Both the position numbers and the translations under genes were made by a program. A stretch of DNA of 64,000 nt from Octopus sinensis (Eukaryota). The notes below the pieces were generated by a model, which saw nothing but the letters and a program-made list of their open reading frames with translations, did not search any database and was not told the origin of the DNA. The stretch is taken from positions 31,930,001 to 31,994,000 of the forward strand of contig NC_043007.1 of assembly GCF_006345805.1 (NCBI RefSeq), read 5' to 3'. Below are positions 38,109-52,254 of the stretch, one piece after another; position 1 is the stretch's first letter; each line of letters begins with the position of its first letter.

Positions 38109-38519
38109 TCATATAAATTGGACATGGGGGCGATCGTTGTATTCTTTCTTGTCTTGAGGTTCACAGCCAAACACCTGGGTGGATTCACATGAAAAATGGC
38201 ACACATGTGGAGACGGGTGCATAGATTGGAATGCAATTTGTATTTTTTTCATAGCCCCCATACTTACCGAGAAAATCGATGAAATCTTTTTCCAATGGAA
38301 TTCCCCTCTTTCTTCCGCCATTAAAACAACCAGTTGCTTAGAAGCTGTTTTCTGACAAGGGGTGGGGTCAGGAAATTTTCATACAGCTGGAGGCTCCAAT
38401 CGAAACAGGGGACCCGAAATGATAAGGTTGAGAGAACGCTCTTATAGATTATGCCTAACCGAAAATGAACACAGCCACATTATCCAAACAGACCGGGTGA
38501 AACCGGGATTAGCTGCTAG
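38109..38519 (+). mobile_element. Possible non-autonomous Helitron
   Basis: Subterminal hairpin CCGG-GTGAAA-CCGG followed by CTAG|T; the 5' A|TC boundary is tentative. Confidence 0.4.
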
Positions 38520-41500
38520 TCTTTCTATAAAAGGTAGAGGAACATGGCAGGATTGAGGTAGATTAATGAGTCAGTTCTGTACTTTTACCAATGCAATGGA
38601 GAGAGGAGAAAACATGTCTGCACTGAGGAGGATTAGTATTGAGTTGCTTTGACACCCCTAAAGATCTAATCCTCATTTCTTTCTAATAGGGTATTCATTA
38701 GTTGGTACATTCTCATAAATTCTGCTCAATATAAATTTTTCACGGGGGATTTAGTGATTATAGCAGCCATCTCTGATGCTAATGGTAGGCTGTATGACAG
38801 GGAATGCGCTTCAACAATCTTCCTTGTTTGTAAGACTGGAAGAGAACTATAAAGTTTCATACACTATAGTTGCCATTTAACAACTGGCATATCTTATGGA
38901 ACTCTTGCAATGCAAAAATAAACCGAAACAAAAAAAAAAACTGGCTGTTATTTCTAGCTGTTTGAGCAACCACATAGAGGCTCCCTCCTAGAAGCCAAGT
39001 AATTAAAATGAAAGAAAACTGTCCATGAAGTCATTGCATAGTAATCCCTTTCCAAACGTACAAACGTATTAGATTTATTCTTTCTTTCATTCACATTAGT
39101 TGAAAATAAGTATCATTTATGTTTCCTGTTCAATTAGTTGGTACTAGGTAGAGTACTCACTTCAATTTTTTATTCTAATAGTACTACAGCATTTATTAGC
39201 CATGGTATGATTGTTTGGTACCTTAAAGAACAAGTTCAAAGAATTAGAGATAACAGCCAAGTCTTCCTACAGTCTTGAAAAAGTAAAGATGCATTAGATA
39301 ATGTACACTTGAATACCCCTTAAAAATGGTATTTCTTTTTTAACAAGTTGGAAGAGATTTGGTTGAAACACTGCTAAAGATACCCGAGGATAAGGGAGTG
39401 GAATGTTGACTGGTTTGGAATTATGAAGAATAGGAAGTTAAAGTTGTAACAGTGAGATGGTCATTTATATACAGAAGGAGAAGCATGGGGTAGAACCAAA
39501 CTATGAGGTACACTAACACTGGCACAAATACACAAATCAGAGAGTGTCTCATTAGGAAACATTGCAATGGACCATATAAGTGGGTGAGGAGGTATTTTTG
39601 TCAGATATCAAGAACCACCACCACCTTGCATTTGTGGAAGCTTTCAAGGACACACGGCCACTGGTTGATGATACAGGAAAGCAGATCTCTGATAGAATTG
39701 GTTCTATGGGAACCAGATTGATGGTCAGTGAGTATGTAAGAGACAAAAAAAGGGATTTTTTTTTAATGATTGTTTCCAGAATCTTTAAGTTGTTGAAAAA
39801 GAGTGATTTGTTAGCAGCTGATGAGATTAGAATTTAACCTTTTTGGGAGTGACACAGTATCATATGTTGCTATAAATTAGCATAGATCCCCACAGAGAGA
39901 GATTGAAGAAAAAAGCTAGCTACGGAATGTACTGTTTGAGGGTAAACAAGGAAGGGACCGTGTCAGGGTTAGTCACCATGTTCGGTCGTAGTAATTGTGT
40001 ATGTTTTCACACTGGGCAATTGTGAGCCATGTAATGGTGAGACAGGTGGAGTCAACAGGGTGCACTTGGGAGTGGCTTTTATGTGCATGCACTGCTGTGT
40101 GGAACTGGAAGGTAAACTGACAGCAAATGTCATTGCTCTATCTGCAGGAATACTACTTACAGAACACATTAAGGTGTGGTGAATGGGATGAATTTGAAAA
40201 TCTAGTAGAAAATTCTCTTGGTAAGAGACAAGGAGGACTGGTTATGACTTTGGGAACAAGAGAGAGCTTGCAGGCCATGAAATGCACAAAGGCATTCTTT
40301 GATCAGCAAGAGATATAAAAGAAGTAATCTTAATTTAATACAAAGACTACATTCTCAATGTCGAAAAGAAAAAAAAAGGTTTGAGCTGTTAATGGACAAA
40401 ACTAATAAATGCATCTATTAAATTTACTTCGACTTGGCTGGAAAGTAGGCTACTATTAATAGAAAGGAGAATAATAATTACTAAAAATTAGAATTAGTAG
40501 TAAGCAGTAGAGTGTCTAAATAGTCTGGCGTATCTGGCTACAAGATGGGTGTATTATGTTGAAAGTGTTCTGGCACTAATCAAAGCAACAAAATTGATGA
40601 TAAAAATAACAAACACACAAGATCATAAGCTCCATGTTGCAGTGGAATGACATTACAGCAGAGAGCGTTCTTGTTGATATCTTAACTGAACAGACCATCT
40701 GTTCAAAGAAAATACTACTAAAGCAAATAAATTGGTTGTAGAGAGAGAGAGATGTCCCTGAAGATACGTGGGTGGTTGCCAAATAAATACAGTGCACAGG
40801 TATGATTAAAAAGCCGAAACAACAACAACCAAAAAAAAAATGGATAAATATAAAATATGATGTTGTGAAGAAATGCTGTCATGCAAAAAGGCTGAACAGT
40901 CTGTTATTAATTTAGATATGATTCCAGAATAACTGAGTTCAAGCCACTGAATCAAAAACAAGGCTGAGGAAAAGTTTAGCAAGATATTAAATCAGTTTTT
41001 TGGTTTCCTTAAACCTGGAAGATTTCTTTCAGAGCGTTAAGTACAGTTAGTGTAATTCCTGAGTCAGCAACACTTGATTGTAATGAAGTGAGACTAAGCT
41101 GCAAATTAATTCAATACTGAAAAATACTGAATAAGACACAGCTATAATAATAAATGATCCACAGTTTATGAGTGATTGATTATAGAAAATTGTAACAATG
41201 TCAAAGATATCTAATTAAACAGACTGTTTGAAGTAAAAGACACCTGGTTCCGCTTTCTTTTGATTTACATTATCATAAAAGGGTTTACTTCAACTAACTG
41301 CATTTTAGTATACTAAAACAACACCTGTATAGCTGAAAGACTACAAAATTAAGCTAGCACCAGCACAACTATATTAGTTATAAATATATTTGTGATGTGA
41401 GCTTGGATCATCAGACAGATGTAACCAATGTTTGTTTGGGAAAGTATCTTATCTTTCTCTTGTTTCTGTCATTCGACTGCAGCCATACTGGAGCACTACC

Positions 41501-41641
41501 ACAAAGAGCTTAGTTAAACAGATGAACTCCAGTACTTATTGTATTGGTCTCTTTTGCCAAACTGCTAAGTTACGGGGTCATAAACAAACCAACACCAGTT
41601 ATCAAGCAGAGGTGGAACAAACACAATAGCACAAACTCATA

Positions 41642-42201
41642 CAGTAATACCTCACTTTGCAAGGACCCCCTTTGCGAGATCCCAGGTTTACGAGTTTTAT
41701 TTTAAAATAAATATAAAGATCCAAATTTTGAAAGAAGTGCAAAAGTTTCTACAACCACAACAAATGCTTCGGTGTGTTACCAAGAAATTTACAGAGAGTG
41801 AAAAAAAAGGCTTTATTCTAAGCAAACAACTTCGGACTTGTTTTTTAAAAAGAAATCTGCAAGTCCATCCTACAAGCTCTTGTGAATTGGCAATCACATC
41901 TACAAGCGATGGTGTGCACAAGTCTAGTGTGAGTGAAAGTGACTCAGAAAATGATTATAATAATAATGATAATATTTTTTATTATAAATGATCTTGACAT
42001 AAAGTATTCTTTACATCCTACTGTTGTTTTATTGCCATTTATTTATGAGTGTTATAAAATTTTACAGGGTAGAATAGTTTTCTGGGAACAAATTATGATT
42101 TATAACATTGATACTATGGGAAATTATTGCCCTGCTTAATGAGTTTTTGCTTTACGAGTTGTCTCTGGGAACAAATTAACTCATGTATCAAGGCATTACT
42201 G
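41642..42201. mobile_element. pogo/Tigger-like MITE
   Basis: TA|CAGTAATACCT...AGGCATTACTG termini. Confidence 0.55.
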
Positions 42202-42231
42202 TGTATGTATGTATGTGTGAGTGTATGTATG

Positions 42232-42267
<36 letters not shown>

Positions 42268-43210
42268 GATAAAATTCATTGTGTGTGTGTGTGTTTCCTA
42301 TATGTATGGTCAAACTGTTGGATCAATCTGTATCAAGTTTGGCATGAAGGTTTTTCATTACTCGGGGATGGTTCTAGTGGGTAGGGGAGGAAGCAAATTT
42401 TGTTCCTTGCCCATATATGGGTCTGCGTCCCCCACCATACGACACTTCTGATTTTTTTTTCAGTGATATATTGTTTCTCTTTTATTCTTTCACTTTAATA
42501 AGACTATAATATTGTTTCACTTTTATCTATAAAATCCAGTGTGTGTGTGTTTCCTCTATGCATGGTCCAACCGCTGGATCAATCTGTACTAAATTTGACA
42601 TGAAGATCTTTCATTAGTCAGGGAAGGTTCTAGCATTATATAAAATGGGCTTCCACTCAATATCCACCAACCAAATTCACTCACAAGGAATTGAGCAGCC
42701 TGAGGCTATAGCAGAAGACCCTTGCCCAAGATGCTGTACAATAAGACTGAACCTGAAGCCATAGAGATGCAAAGTGAGATTCTTAACCACACAGCCATGC
42801 CGATTATTTAATTTATTACTAATTACTATTTATATTAATCCTTGATCGTCTACTGGTTTCTTTTAATTAAAAACATTCACGTTTAGGAGAGCATTTAAAA
42901 AGACATTTGGAGAGTATGAAGTCTCTCTGGCTGGTGTGGTCACATAAATGGCAGGTGATCAGATGGTTGGCCAGTTTCCTGGAGTTAGTGTTGCAAATGC
43001 TGAAATCATTTTCATTATAGAACTCCCATGATGACCCTTGAACCCTTAATTCAGTGAATTATATAATAATAATAATTATATTCTAATTGCAACTGTTTGA
43101 AGATGTTCTTTCAATTGACACTATAACAACACACACACACACACACACACACAATTTTAATGCTAAATATGATGAAAGTAAAAGATTATTATTATTGGAA
43201 ACCCACTTAC

Positions 43211-43286
43211 CTCGCTCCTCCACTCTTTTCACAAGCTGGTGTTCCCCCCATTTTAATACAGCATTCAGAACATCTAATTCGCCAGC
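43211..43286 (-). CDS. BTBD7: BTBD7 internal exon (BACK domain)
   Basis: TTTCAG| acceptor and GAG|GTAAGT donor; 76 nt, phase 0 to 1; AGELDVLNAVLKWGEHQLVKRVEER. Confidence 0.92.
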
Positions 43287-45286
43287 CTGAAATACAATAT
43301 AAAACCACCATATAGAAAAAAAAAAGTAAATTACCAAATGCATTATACATACAAAAGTGGACCGCGATATGGCAAGGGATTACTGCATACATTTCACTAT
43401 GAAAGATATTGAAAAATATAGCTTCAAACTTCTCAAGAACACAATCCAAAATATCAAACTGTATAGACCTTGTCAACCCATGCAACCAAAGACCATGTAT
43501 AAAAGATATCTTTGTCTGCCCCACGTCATCATCATCCTTGTTTGTCCTCTCTGTGTTTAGCCCCTTGTGGGTAGTAAAGGAATAGGTAATATTCTCTCCA
43601 TTGCCAAACATGTTTTTGCAGAATACTGGAAATGAACGACATTCCTTACACACACACACACAAGCTTCTTCAAGGTTCCATCTACCATATTCACTCACAA
43701 GCCCCAAGGCCATAGTTGAACACTTGGCCAAGATGGTGCACAGTGGAGCTAAACTCAAAACCACACAGCTTCACCTATGTATATGAATGTGTGTGTATGC
43801 ATAGAGAGAGACAAACAGACAGACAGATAGCTTACAGGTTTTCTGCTTTATATGCATTACAAAGTTTTTTTGGGTTTGTTTTTCTCTTCTGCTCCCATAA
43901 ATTTTAATCCCACTTCAACTGTGCAAAACCAGACACAAATCAGATTCCTGCAGTCACTCACAATAACCCCGGCAGCAATAAAAGGAAAATCTTCCATGGT
44001 TCGTGGATTGGTCGATGGTTTAATAAATCCTTACAAATGTAATAAAAACTCATCTCAGTTGTTAATGTAGAAATGAAAGTGTTACAACACCACTTTATCA
44101 ATTAGACTATTTATATTAAAACTATTATTTCAACATAAAATTAAAGCAAAAAAAAAAGAAAAAAGAAAAGAAACATTAATGAATTATTTATGAAAGTTAT
44201 GCAAGTATTTCAACTGTGGTATTTTGAATTTACTTAGCCATGTCAGCAGACAGAACAAAACAATTCAGAGGGAAAGAGTTATTGAATAAAAAGCAACTGG
44301 GAGCTTATGAAAGGAATACAAAATTTTAGCTAACTTATTTTAGTACACACACACACACACACACATATATATATTGCATTTTATTCTCATGAGAAATAAT
44401 GCTAACAATAAAATTTTACATGAATAGCAGCTAGTTATTCAAGCCACGAAGTGAGCAGGAAAATTAAACTATGCAACCAGCCCCCACCACTCCATATTTT
44501 CTTGTCAATTTGATTAATCTCAGACATTAATGATGATGATGATGATGATGATGATGACGACAACAATGGTGATGATTGTAATATTTAAAATTAACAGTCC
44601 TATACAATCTTGCAAAACCCCAGCTACTCACTGCTACTAACCTTGTGCCTTGAGGGGCCACCTGGATACCCCACCTCTAATATTTATCTCTTTGCAGTTC
44701 CAAATGATCATTTTTTTCTCTCTCACTCTTCTAAATGTGAGCAGTCATGTCCCTCTTATGCAAGAACCTGCTCTGACCCCACCCTTCTCTCATATTTTAA
44801 CCTTTCATCTCCTGGCATAAAGCCAAACCCACTCCTTCAGGTTCACAGTCTTGCAAAGTGTATGGTAACCTCAAAAGTGCTGGTAGAATGAAAACATGCA
44901 CTCAGTACATGCAGTAAAGTGGTTGACATCAGGAAGGGCATTCAGCTGTGGAAACCTTGCCAAATCAGATGCTGGAACATGATGCTGTCACACCATTCAC
45001 CTCATGCTAGCATGGAACATGGATGTTAAATGGTGATGAATCTCACTTATTGGAAATTAAAGGATAAACAATAGCTGAAACAAGTAAAAGATAAAAGATA
45101 TATACAACAAGCTTCTTTCACTTTCCACCTACCAAACCCACTCAAAAGGCTTTGATCAGACTGGGACTAATGCATAGACACTAAACAAAAGTGTCATGCA
45201 CTGGGATTGAACCCAAAACCATGTGGCTGGAAAGCAAACTGTTCATTCAAAAAAATGTATCAATGTTCAGAACTGATGAAACAGAC

Positions 45287-45323
<37 letters not shown>

Positions 45324-45326
<3 letters not shown>

Positions 45327-45705
45327 TTTTACTTGTTTCAGTCATGTGACTGTGGCCATGCTGGAGCACCACCTTTGGTCAAGCAAATCGACCCCTGGAC
45401 TTATTCTTTGTAAGCCTAGTACTTATTGTATTGGTCTCTTTTGCCGAAACACTAAGTTACAGGGACATAAACACACCTGCATCAGTTGTCAAGCGATGTT
45501 GGGGTGGGGACAAACACAGACACACAAACATACACATACATATATATACATATATACGACGGGCTTCTTTCAGTTTCCGTCTACCAAATCCACTCACAAG
45601 GCTTTGGTTGGCCCGACGCTATAGTAGAAGACACTTGCCCAAGGTGCCACACAGTGGGACTGAACCCAGAACCACGTGGTTGGTAAGCAAGCTACTTACA
45701 ACCAC
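45324..45705 (-). mobile_element. tRNA-derived SINE (family A)
   Basis: Near full-length copy. Confidence 0.8.
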
Positions 45706-46691
45706 TCTTATACTTTTAAATGGAAACATTTAACAATTGAACTTAGCTCATTACAACTGCATGTTTTTAAAGCTTGATTGCAGTCTGCAAGAAAGGACAT
45801 TGTAATCAAAGAAACGAGATAGGAAAGAGATCCATTTAATAGCCTTGGTCTAAAGTATAGAGGTAACAATGCCAGATGGAATTATCACCGTTCTTCCTAG
45901 CATGCCTCATGGAAAATTTCTCTAACAAAAGTGACACTACTATTTAAGTTAGCTACTGTGACTACTGACAATGGAATGGAAACTTTTGACTTTGGAATAT
46001 GGAAAGGATGGAAATAGAAAAAAAAACTCAAATCTAACAGAATATTGATAGACATCATCATTGTTTAACATACGCTTTTCAATGATGCTATGGGTCAGGT
46101 AGAATTTATTGAGGCAAATTTGTCTCAAAGCAAGGAAATATTTCCCCATAGCCAGACATGTTTTCCATGACTTGACTTGACTTGAGACAGCATTCACCCG
46201 GGGTGGGTTGAGCTGGCTTCATTCATCCTCAATGCTGCATCTCTCACAAATGCCGACCAGGCCTGGCGATTTGAGGTTAACGACTGCGTGATCTCCAACC
46301 CCTCCGGTGAACGCCATAGATATGGGGGCCTAGGTTGGGTTCCAGATCAGCCTTGACTGTCATCAGCCAGGGTTTTCATTGTCCACCACATCGCTTTCGC
46401 CAACCCTGAAGGAAAACTGGAAACAAACAACCTCGCTTGGTTGACAATGATGCTCATTTACAGCCATCACATGATATCTAGACTAGGGTACACATAAACA
46501 CACACACAATGGGTTTTCACGCAGTTCCCGTCTACCAAATCCGCTCACAAGGCTTTGGTCAGCCTGGGGACTAAGGTGGTGCTGTGCAGTGAGATTGAGC
46601 CCAAGATCACATGGTTGGGAAGGCAGCTTATCAACAAACAAAGCTATGCTTGTGTCCATATGAGTTTTCAAAATAAATGCAGAAATTAAAT

Positions 46692-48243
46692 AAGCGCAGG
46701 AGTGGCTGTGTGGTAAGTAGCTTGCTATCCAACCACATGGTTCCGGGTTCAGTCCCACTGCGTGGCATCTTGGGCAAGTGTCTTCTGCTATAGCCCCGGG
46801 CCGACCAATGCCTTGTGAGTGGATTTGGTAGACGGAAACTGAAAGAAGCCTGTCATCATCATCATCATCATCATCATCATTTAACATCCGCTTTCCATGC
46901 TAGCATGGGTTGGACGGTTCAACTGGTGTCTGGGGAGCCCGAAGGCTGCACCAGGCCAGTCAGATCTGGCAGTATTTCTACAGCTGGATGCCCTTCCTAA
47001 TGCCAACCACTCCGAGAGTGTAGTGGGTGATTTTATGTGCCACCGACACAGGTGCCAGACGAGGCTGGCGAACGGCCACGCTCGGATGGTGTTTTTATGT
47101 GCCACCGACACAGGTGCCAGACAAGGCTAGCAGACGACCACGCTCAGATGGTGTTTTTTATGTGCCAGACGAGGCTGGCGAACGGCCACGCTCGGATGGT
47201 GTTTTTATGTGCCACCGACATAGGTGCCAGACGAGGCTGGCGAACGCCACGCTCGGATGGTGTTTTTATGTGCCACCGACACAGGTGCCAGACAAGGCTA
47301 GCAGACGACCACGCTCAGATGGTGTTTTTTATGTGCCACCGACACAGGTGCCAGACGAGGCTGGCGAACAGCCACGCTCGGATGGTGTTTTTATGTGCCA
47401 CCGACACAGGTGCCAGACAAGGCTAGCAGACGACCACGCTCGGATGGTGTTTTTTATGTGCCACCGACACAGGTGCCAGACGAGGCTGGCGAACGGCCAC
47501 GCTCGGATGGTTTTTTTTTTTATGTGCCACCACCGACACAGTGCCAGACGAGGCTGGCGAACGGCCATGCTCGGATGGTGTTTTTATGTGCCCCGACACA
47601 GGTGCCAGACAAGGCTAGCAGACGACCACGCTCGGATGGTGTTTTTTATGTGCCCCGACACAGGTGCCAGACGAGGCTGGCGAACGGCCACGCTCGGATG
47701 GTGTTTTTTATGTGCCACCGACACAGGTGCCAGACAAGGCTAGCAGACGACCACGCTCGGATGTGTTTTTATGTGCCACCGACACAGGAGCCAGATTTGG
47801 CTGGCGATCGGCCACGATTGGGTGGTGATTGTTACGTGCCCACAGCATGGAGGCCAGTCGGTGCGGTACTGGCTACACCCACGTTCGGATGGTATTCTTG
47901 TGTGCCACCGGCACTGGTACCACAAAGATACAAATTCCATTGATGTTCATCTATTTTGATTTTGTTTGATTTTCACTTGCCTCAACAGGTCTTCACAAGT
48001 GTCACAAGAAGGAAATGCATGTGTGTGTGTGTTTGTGTGTCTGTGTTTGTCCCCCTAGCATTGCTTGACAACTGATGCTGGTGTGTTTACGTCCCCGTAA
48101 CTTAGCGATTCGGCAAAAGAGACCGATAGAATAAGTACTGGGCTTACAAAGAATAAGTCCTGGGGTTGATTTGCTCGACTAAAGGTGGTGCTCCAGCATG
48201 GCCACAGTCAAATGACTGAAACAAGTAAAAGGGTAAAAGAGTA
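46692..48243 (+). mobile_element. Family A SINE split by an antisense RTE 3'-end insertion
   Basis: SINE head at 46692-46852, LINE 3'UTR with a (CAT)n tail at about 46853-48010, SINE tail at about 48019-48243. Confidence 0.75.
47030..47800. repeat. ~62-bp tandem array with alternating A/B units
   Basis: About 12 units of TTTTTATGTGCCACCGACACAGGTGCCAGAC-[GAGGCTGGCGAACGG or AAGGCTAGCAGACGA]-CCACGCTCGGATGGTG. Confidence 0.9.
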
Positions 48244-49513
48244 AGCGAAATGCAGAAGTAATGTATGCATTCACAAACACACACAAATGTCTCAAACTGA
48301 ATGTGAAAAACAGAGGCAAGGTGCAGAAATATGTATGAAAGCCTACAAGTATTTCCAGATAAGTGAATGTGAGACATTTTAATGAGGTGAATGACATTTC
48401 AAACTGTATTTATTTATTTATCAACTGAATAATATGAATATATGAAGTATGCACACTAAATGTTATTTAAATTAAGTCTTTGTGTGTAAAACACTCCATT
48501 GAGTCAAGTTGAGAGACTAAATAGCCATCATGCACTGAAGGGGGAAATATCCCTTACTCTGCAAAAACTGTAATTTTGTCAAGAGATCTTAATATTTTGT
48601 TCTAAAAATTGTTTTCATTAAAGTTACTGGATTAATAACAAAGTAAGTGAACTGTAAGGGAGATAAAGAAAGTGGCGGGGGGGGGGGACAATGTATTTTT
48701 TTCAGAATGTAGATTAGTAATAGAACAAAGAAAGATTAGTGTAGAAATATAGAAATAGACACAGATAGTTCACAAGGAGGAAATGTTTATACAGAATTGA
48801 AGAAAGCAGGTCTTCAAGTGCAGTGGGTAGAAAATAGGTCGGAAGGAAGGGAAAATTAATGTAGAAGTTGTGAATGGTGTGGATTTAATAGTGAACAGTG
48901 GTCCTTCTACACAGAATGCCAGGAAGTTAGTTTCTTTAACAGTGTGTGTGTGTGTGTGTGTAGTTGCATGTGTGAGTGTGTGTGTGTGGTTGCATATGTG
49001 AGTGTGTGTGTGTTTAAACTTTAAAAAACATTAACAAAGAAATTTTTTTAAAAGGTATAAAAGAAAAGCATTCAGGTTAATAAAACAATAAAACCTTACA
49101 AAACTGTAAAGGAAGCAGTTTAAAAATATTGTTCTAAAACTCAAACTCAGTCAAGATTTGTGCTTGAAGAGCAAGTCATTAATCCCCACCACCACCACCA
49201 GACACCCCCTGCTCCATTACCCCTAATTTGACAGCAACAAGCAGATGAGAGATACATTGCTCTTCAGAGGGGACATCAGTCTCTCTCTCTCTCTCACCCC
49301 CTTTTCTCATTCTTTATCATAAGACAGCACTCAAAAACATGAATCCAATTATTATATCAAGTGCCCAGTCAGTCGGTTCACCATGTGACATCTAGGTCAC
49401 TCCCTGGTTTTGTAGCTAATCTGATTATTTATTCTGGTGATGTGCGATGAATGAGGGGGTTCAGATGGATCCTTGCTCACAGAATTGCAGAACTTCAGAC
49501 TTGTGATCATTGC

Positions 49514-49797
49514 TTTTAATGTCCATTTTTCTATGCTCACATCGGTCTCAGAGAATTTATTGAGGTGAATTTTAATGTCCATTTTTCTATGCTCGCATCG
49601 GTCAGAGAGAATTTATTGAGGTGAATTTTAATGTCCATTTTTCTATGCTCGCATCGGTCAGATAGAATTTATCGAGGTGAATTTTAATGTCCATTTTCCT
49701 ATGCTTACATCAGTCAGTGAGAATTTATTGAGATGAATTTTAATGTCCATTTTTCTATGCTCACATCGGTCAGTGAGAATTTATTGAGGTGAATTTT
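49514..49797. repeat. 56-bp minisatellite, 5 copies
   Basis: TTTTAATGTCCATTTT starts at 49514, 49570, 49626, 49682 and 49738. Confidence 0.9.
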
Positions 49798-52254
49798 CTA
49801 CAACCGAAATGCCCTTGCTGTCACCAACCTTCACCTGTTTCCAAGTGAGGTAATATTTTTCTATGATCAGGAATGTTGCCACAGAAGACTGGAAACAAAA
49901 GACACCACTTGCATGATTGTGACACTCATTGACAACTATCACAAGGAGGAGACAGTAACACACACACAGATACATACATACAATACATAGGAGCACTCCG
50001 TCAGTTATGAAGACGAGGGTCCCAGCTGATACGATTAACGGAACAGCCTGCTCGTGAAATTAACGTGCAAGTGACTGAGCAATCCACAGACATGAGTATC
50101 CTTAACGTAGCTCTCAGGGAGATTCAGTGTGACCCAGAGTGTGACAAGGCCGGCCCTTTGAAATACAGGTACAAAAGAAACAGGAAGAAAGAGTGAGAGG
50201 GTTTTGCTCAACAAATTGACTAGTTATGGGGATGAAAACAAACCAACACCCATTGTCAAAGCGTGGGTAGAAAGGGGACACACATATGGACTTGTTTCAG
50301 TTTCTGACTACCAAATCTATCCACAAGACGCAGAGCTGTACCAGAAGGCACTTGCCCAAGGTGCCACACAGTGGGACTGAACCCAAAATCCTGTGGTTGG
50401 AAACTAAATTTCTCAACCACATAGCCATGCCTGTACCATACATACATACAATTGTCAATATAAAAGCCAGTAACATGTTTTTTTTTTTCAAAAGGTCGCT
50501 CAACTGATCCATTTTTATTCAGTCACTTTCAGTCAAAGTAAACCAAAGCCAAACATGGCTTATCTTAAAAACTTTATACACCTTTGAATTAACCGATCCA
50601 GCCAGTAAACTTGTTCACCTAGTTATTATCAGTCATACATATTCATATCCAATTTCTTCTTAAATAGACTGTGATTATGTTAAAAAGACTAACGTTAAAG
50701 TCAACACTAAAAAAGCAGTCCATTTAATGTAACTTAAGTTTCAGGTTTTTTTATTCTTATAACTTAATTTTGATTCTAACTCACTTCATTATAATATCAC
50801 AGGTTATTTTTCTGAATAAACAACAATTTCTTTGGTAAATATTTTATTAACTCTACAGGGATAAAATACAATGTTTATTATGGTAGGATTCACTCACCAT
50901 CATCATTGTTTAACATCCGTTTTCCATGCTGGCATGAGTGGGTCAGTTTGACTGGGGAGTAGCAAGCCAGTAGGCTGTGCCAGGCTCCAATCTGATCTGA
51001 CAAGGTTTCTACAGCCGGATGCTCTTCCTAACGCTAACCACTCTGAGAGTGTAGTGGGTGCTTTTTACGTGCCACCAGCACCGGGGGGGGGGGGGGGGGG
51101 GGGGTCAGGCGGCACTGGCATTGACCACGTTCGGATGGTGCTTATACAAACAAGAACAGACAAAGGGGTTAAATTGATCACATCGATCCCCAGTATTTCA
51201 CTGGTACTGAATTTATCGACCCCGAAAGGATGAAAGGCAAAGTCAACCTCAAGTGACTAAAACAAGTAAAAGATTAATACCTGTACGATTTTGAAGCACA
51301 CATATACTAGGACATACAGGTGTAGGTTTGGTTGTGTGGTTGAGATGCTCTGAATCATGTCTTGGATTCAGACTCACTTGAACAAGTGTCTTTCACTATA
51401 ACCCTGGGCCAGCCAAAGCCTTGTGAGTGGATATGATAGACAGAAATTGAAAGATGCCTGTCATGTCTGTGTGTCCTTGTCTACACATGATGTTCATAAA
51501 TGAGCATCATCATCACACAAACGAGGTCGTTGTTTTCCAGTCTTCCATGAAAAAAAATATCTCCCTATGGGAGAAGACTATCTTGTTTCAAAACAGCTGA
51601 TGGTTGGTGACAGTAAAGGCATCGGCCTCACCAAATTCCATCTGACCCATGCAAACATGGAAAAAAGTGGAAATTCAATTATGATGACGATGATATATGT
51701 GGTTTCATCATATACCATTTTAGTATTGTCAGTATTGTAATTTTCATGTAGTTCTTTTTAACAAAATTAATAAAAGATAACAAAATGAAGAAAAAGAAGA
51801 GATTATTTTTCTGTTTTTTCGTTAATATCCAATTAGTTATAGTTAGTAATATAAAACTGTTATCAACTTAAAATATCTTCAGCTCATTTGCTTAGACTCA
51901 ATCCGGATGATGTAACACCAGCTCATTAACAAAGCCCCTTATCAGTGAAAGTAATTTATTTTGAAGCCAGTACACAGATGGTAAAGTCTCTAAATGTTAC
52001 TCCAGCCGTTTCTAATTGATTATAAATTGAAAGTAAAATGCCCATTAATTTATCTTTTACTCGTTTCAGTAATTAGACTGCTGCCATGTCGAGGTAATGC
52101 ACGGGAAGGTTTTACTTGAACGAATCCACTGCAGTATTTATTCCATCAGGATCTTCTGCCAAACTACTAAGTGATGGGGATGTAAACAAACCAACACCAG
52201 TTGTCAAGCAGTAAGGAGTCAATACAAACAGAAAAGCACACACACACACACATC

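Noticed and set aside
47030-47800. CRISPR-like array or repetitive proteins (ORFs 47027-47743, 47395-47943)
   Set aside because: There are no unique spacers, only two alternating variants; no cas genes; eukaryotic context. The ORFs are by-products of a stop-free repeat.
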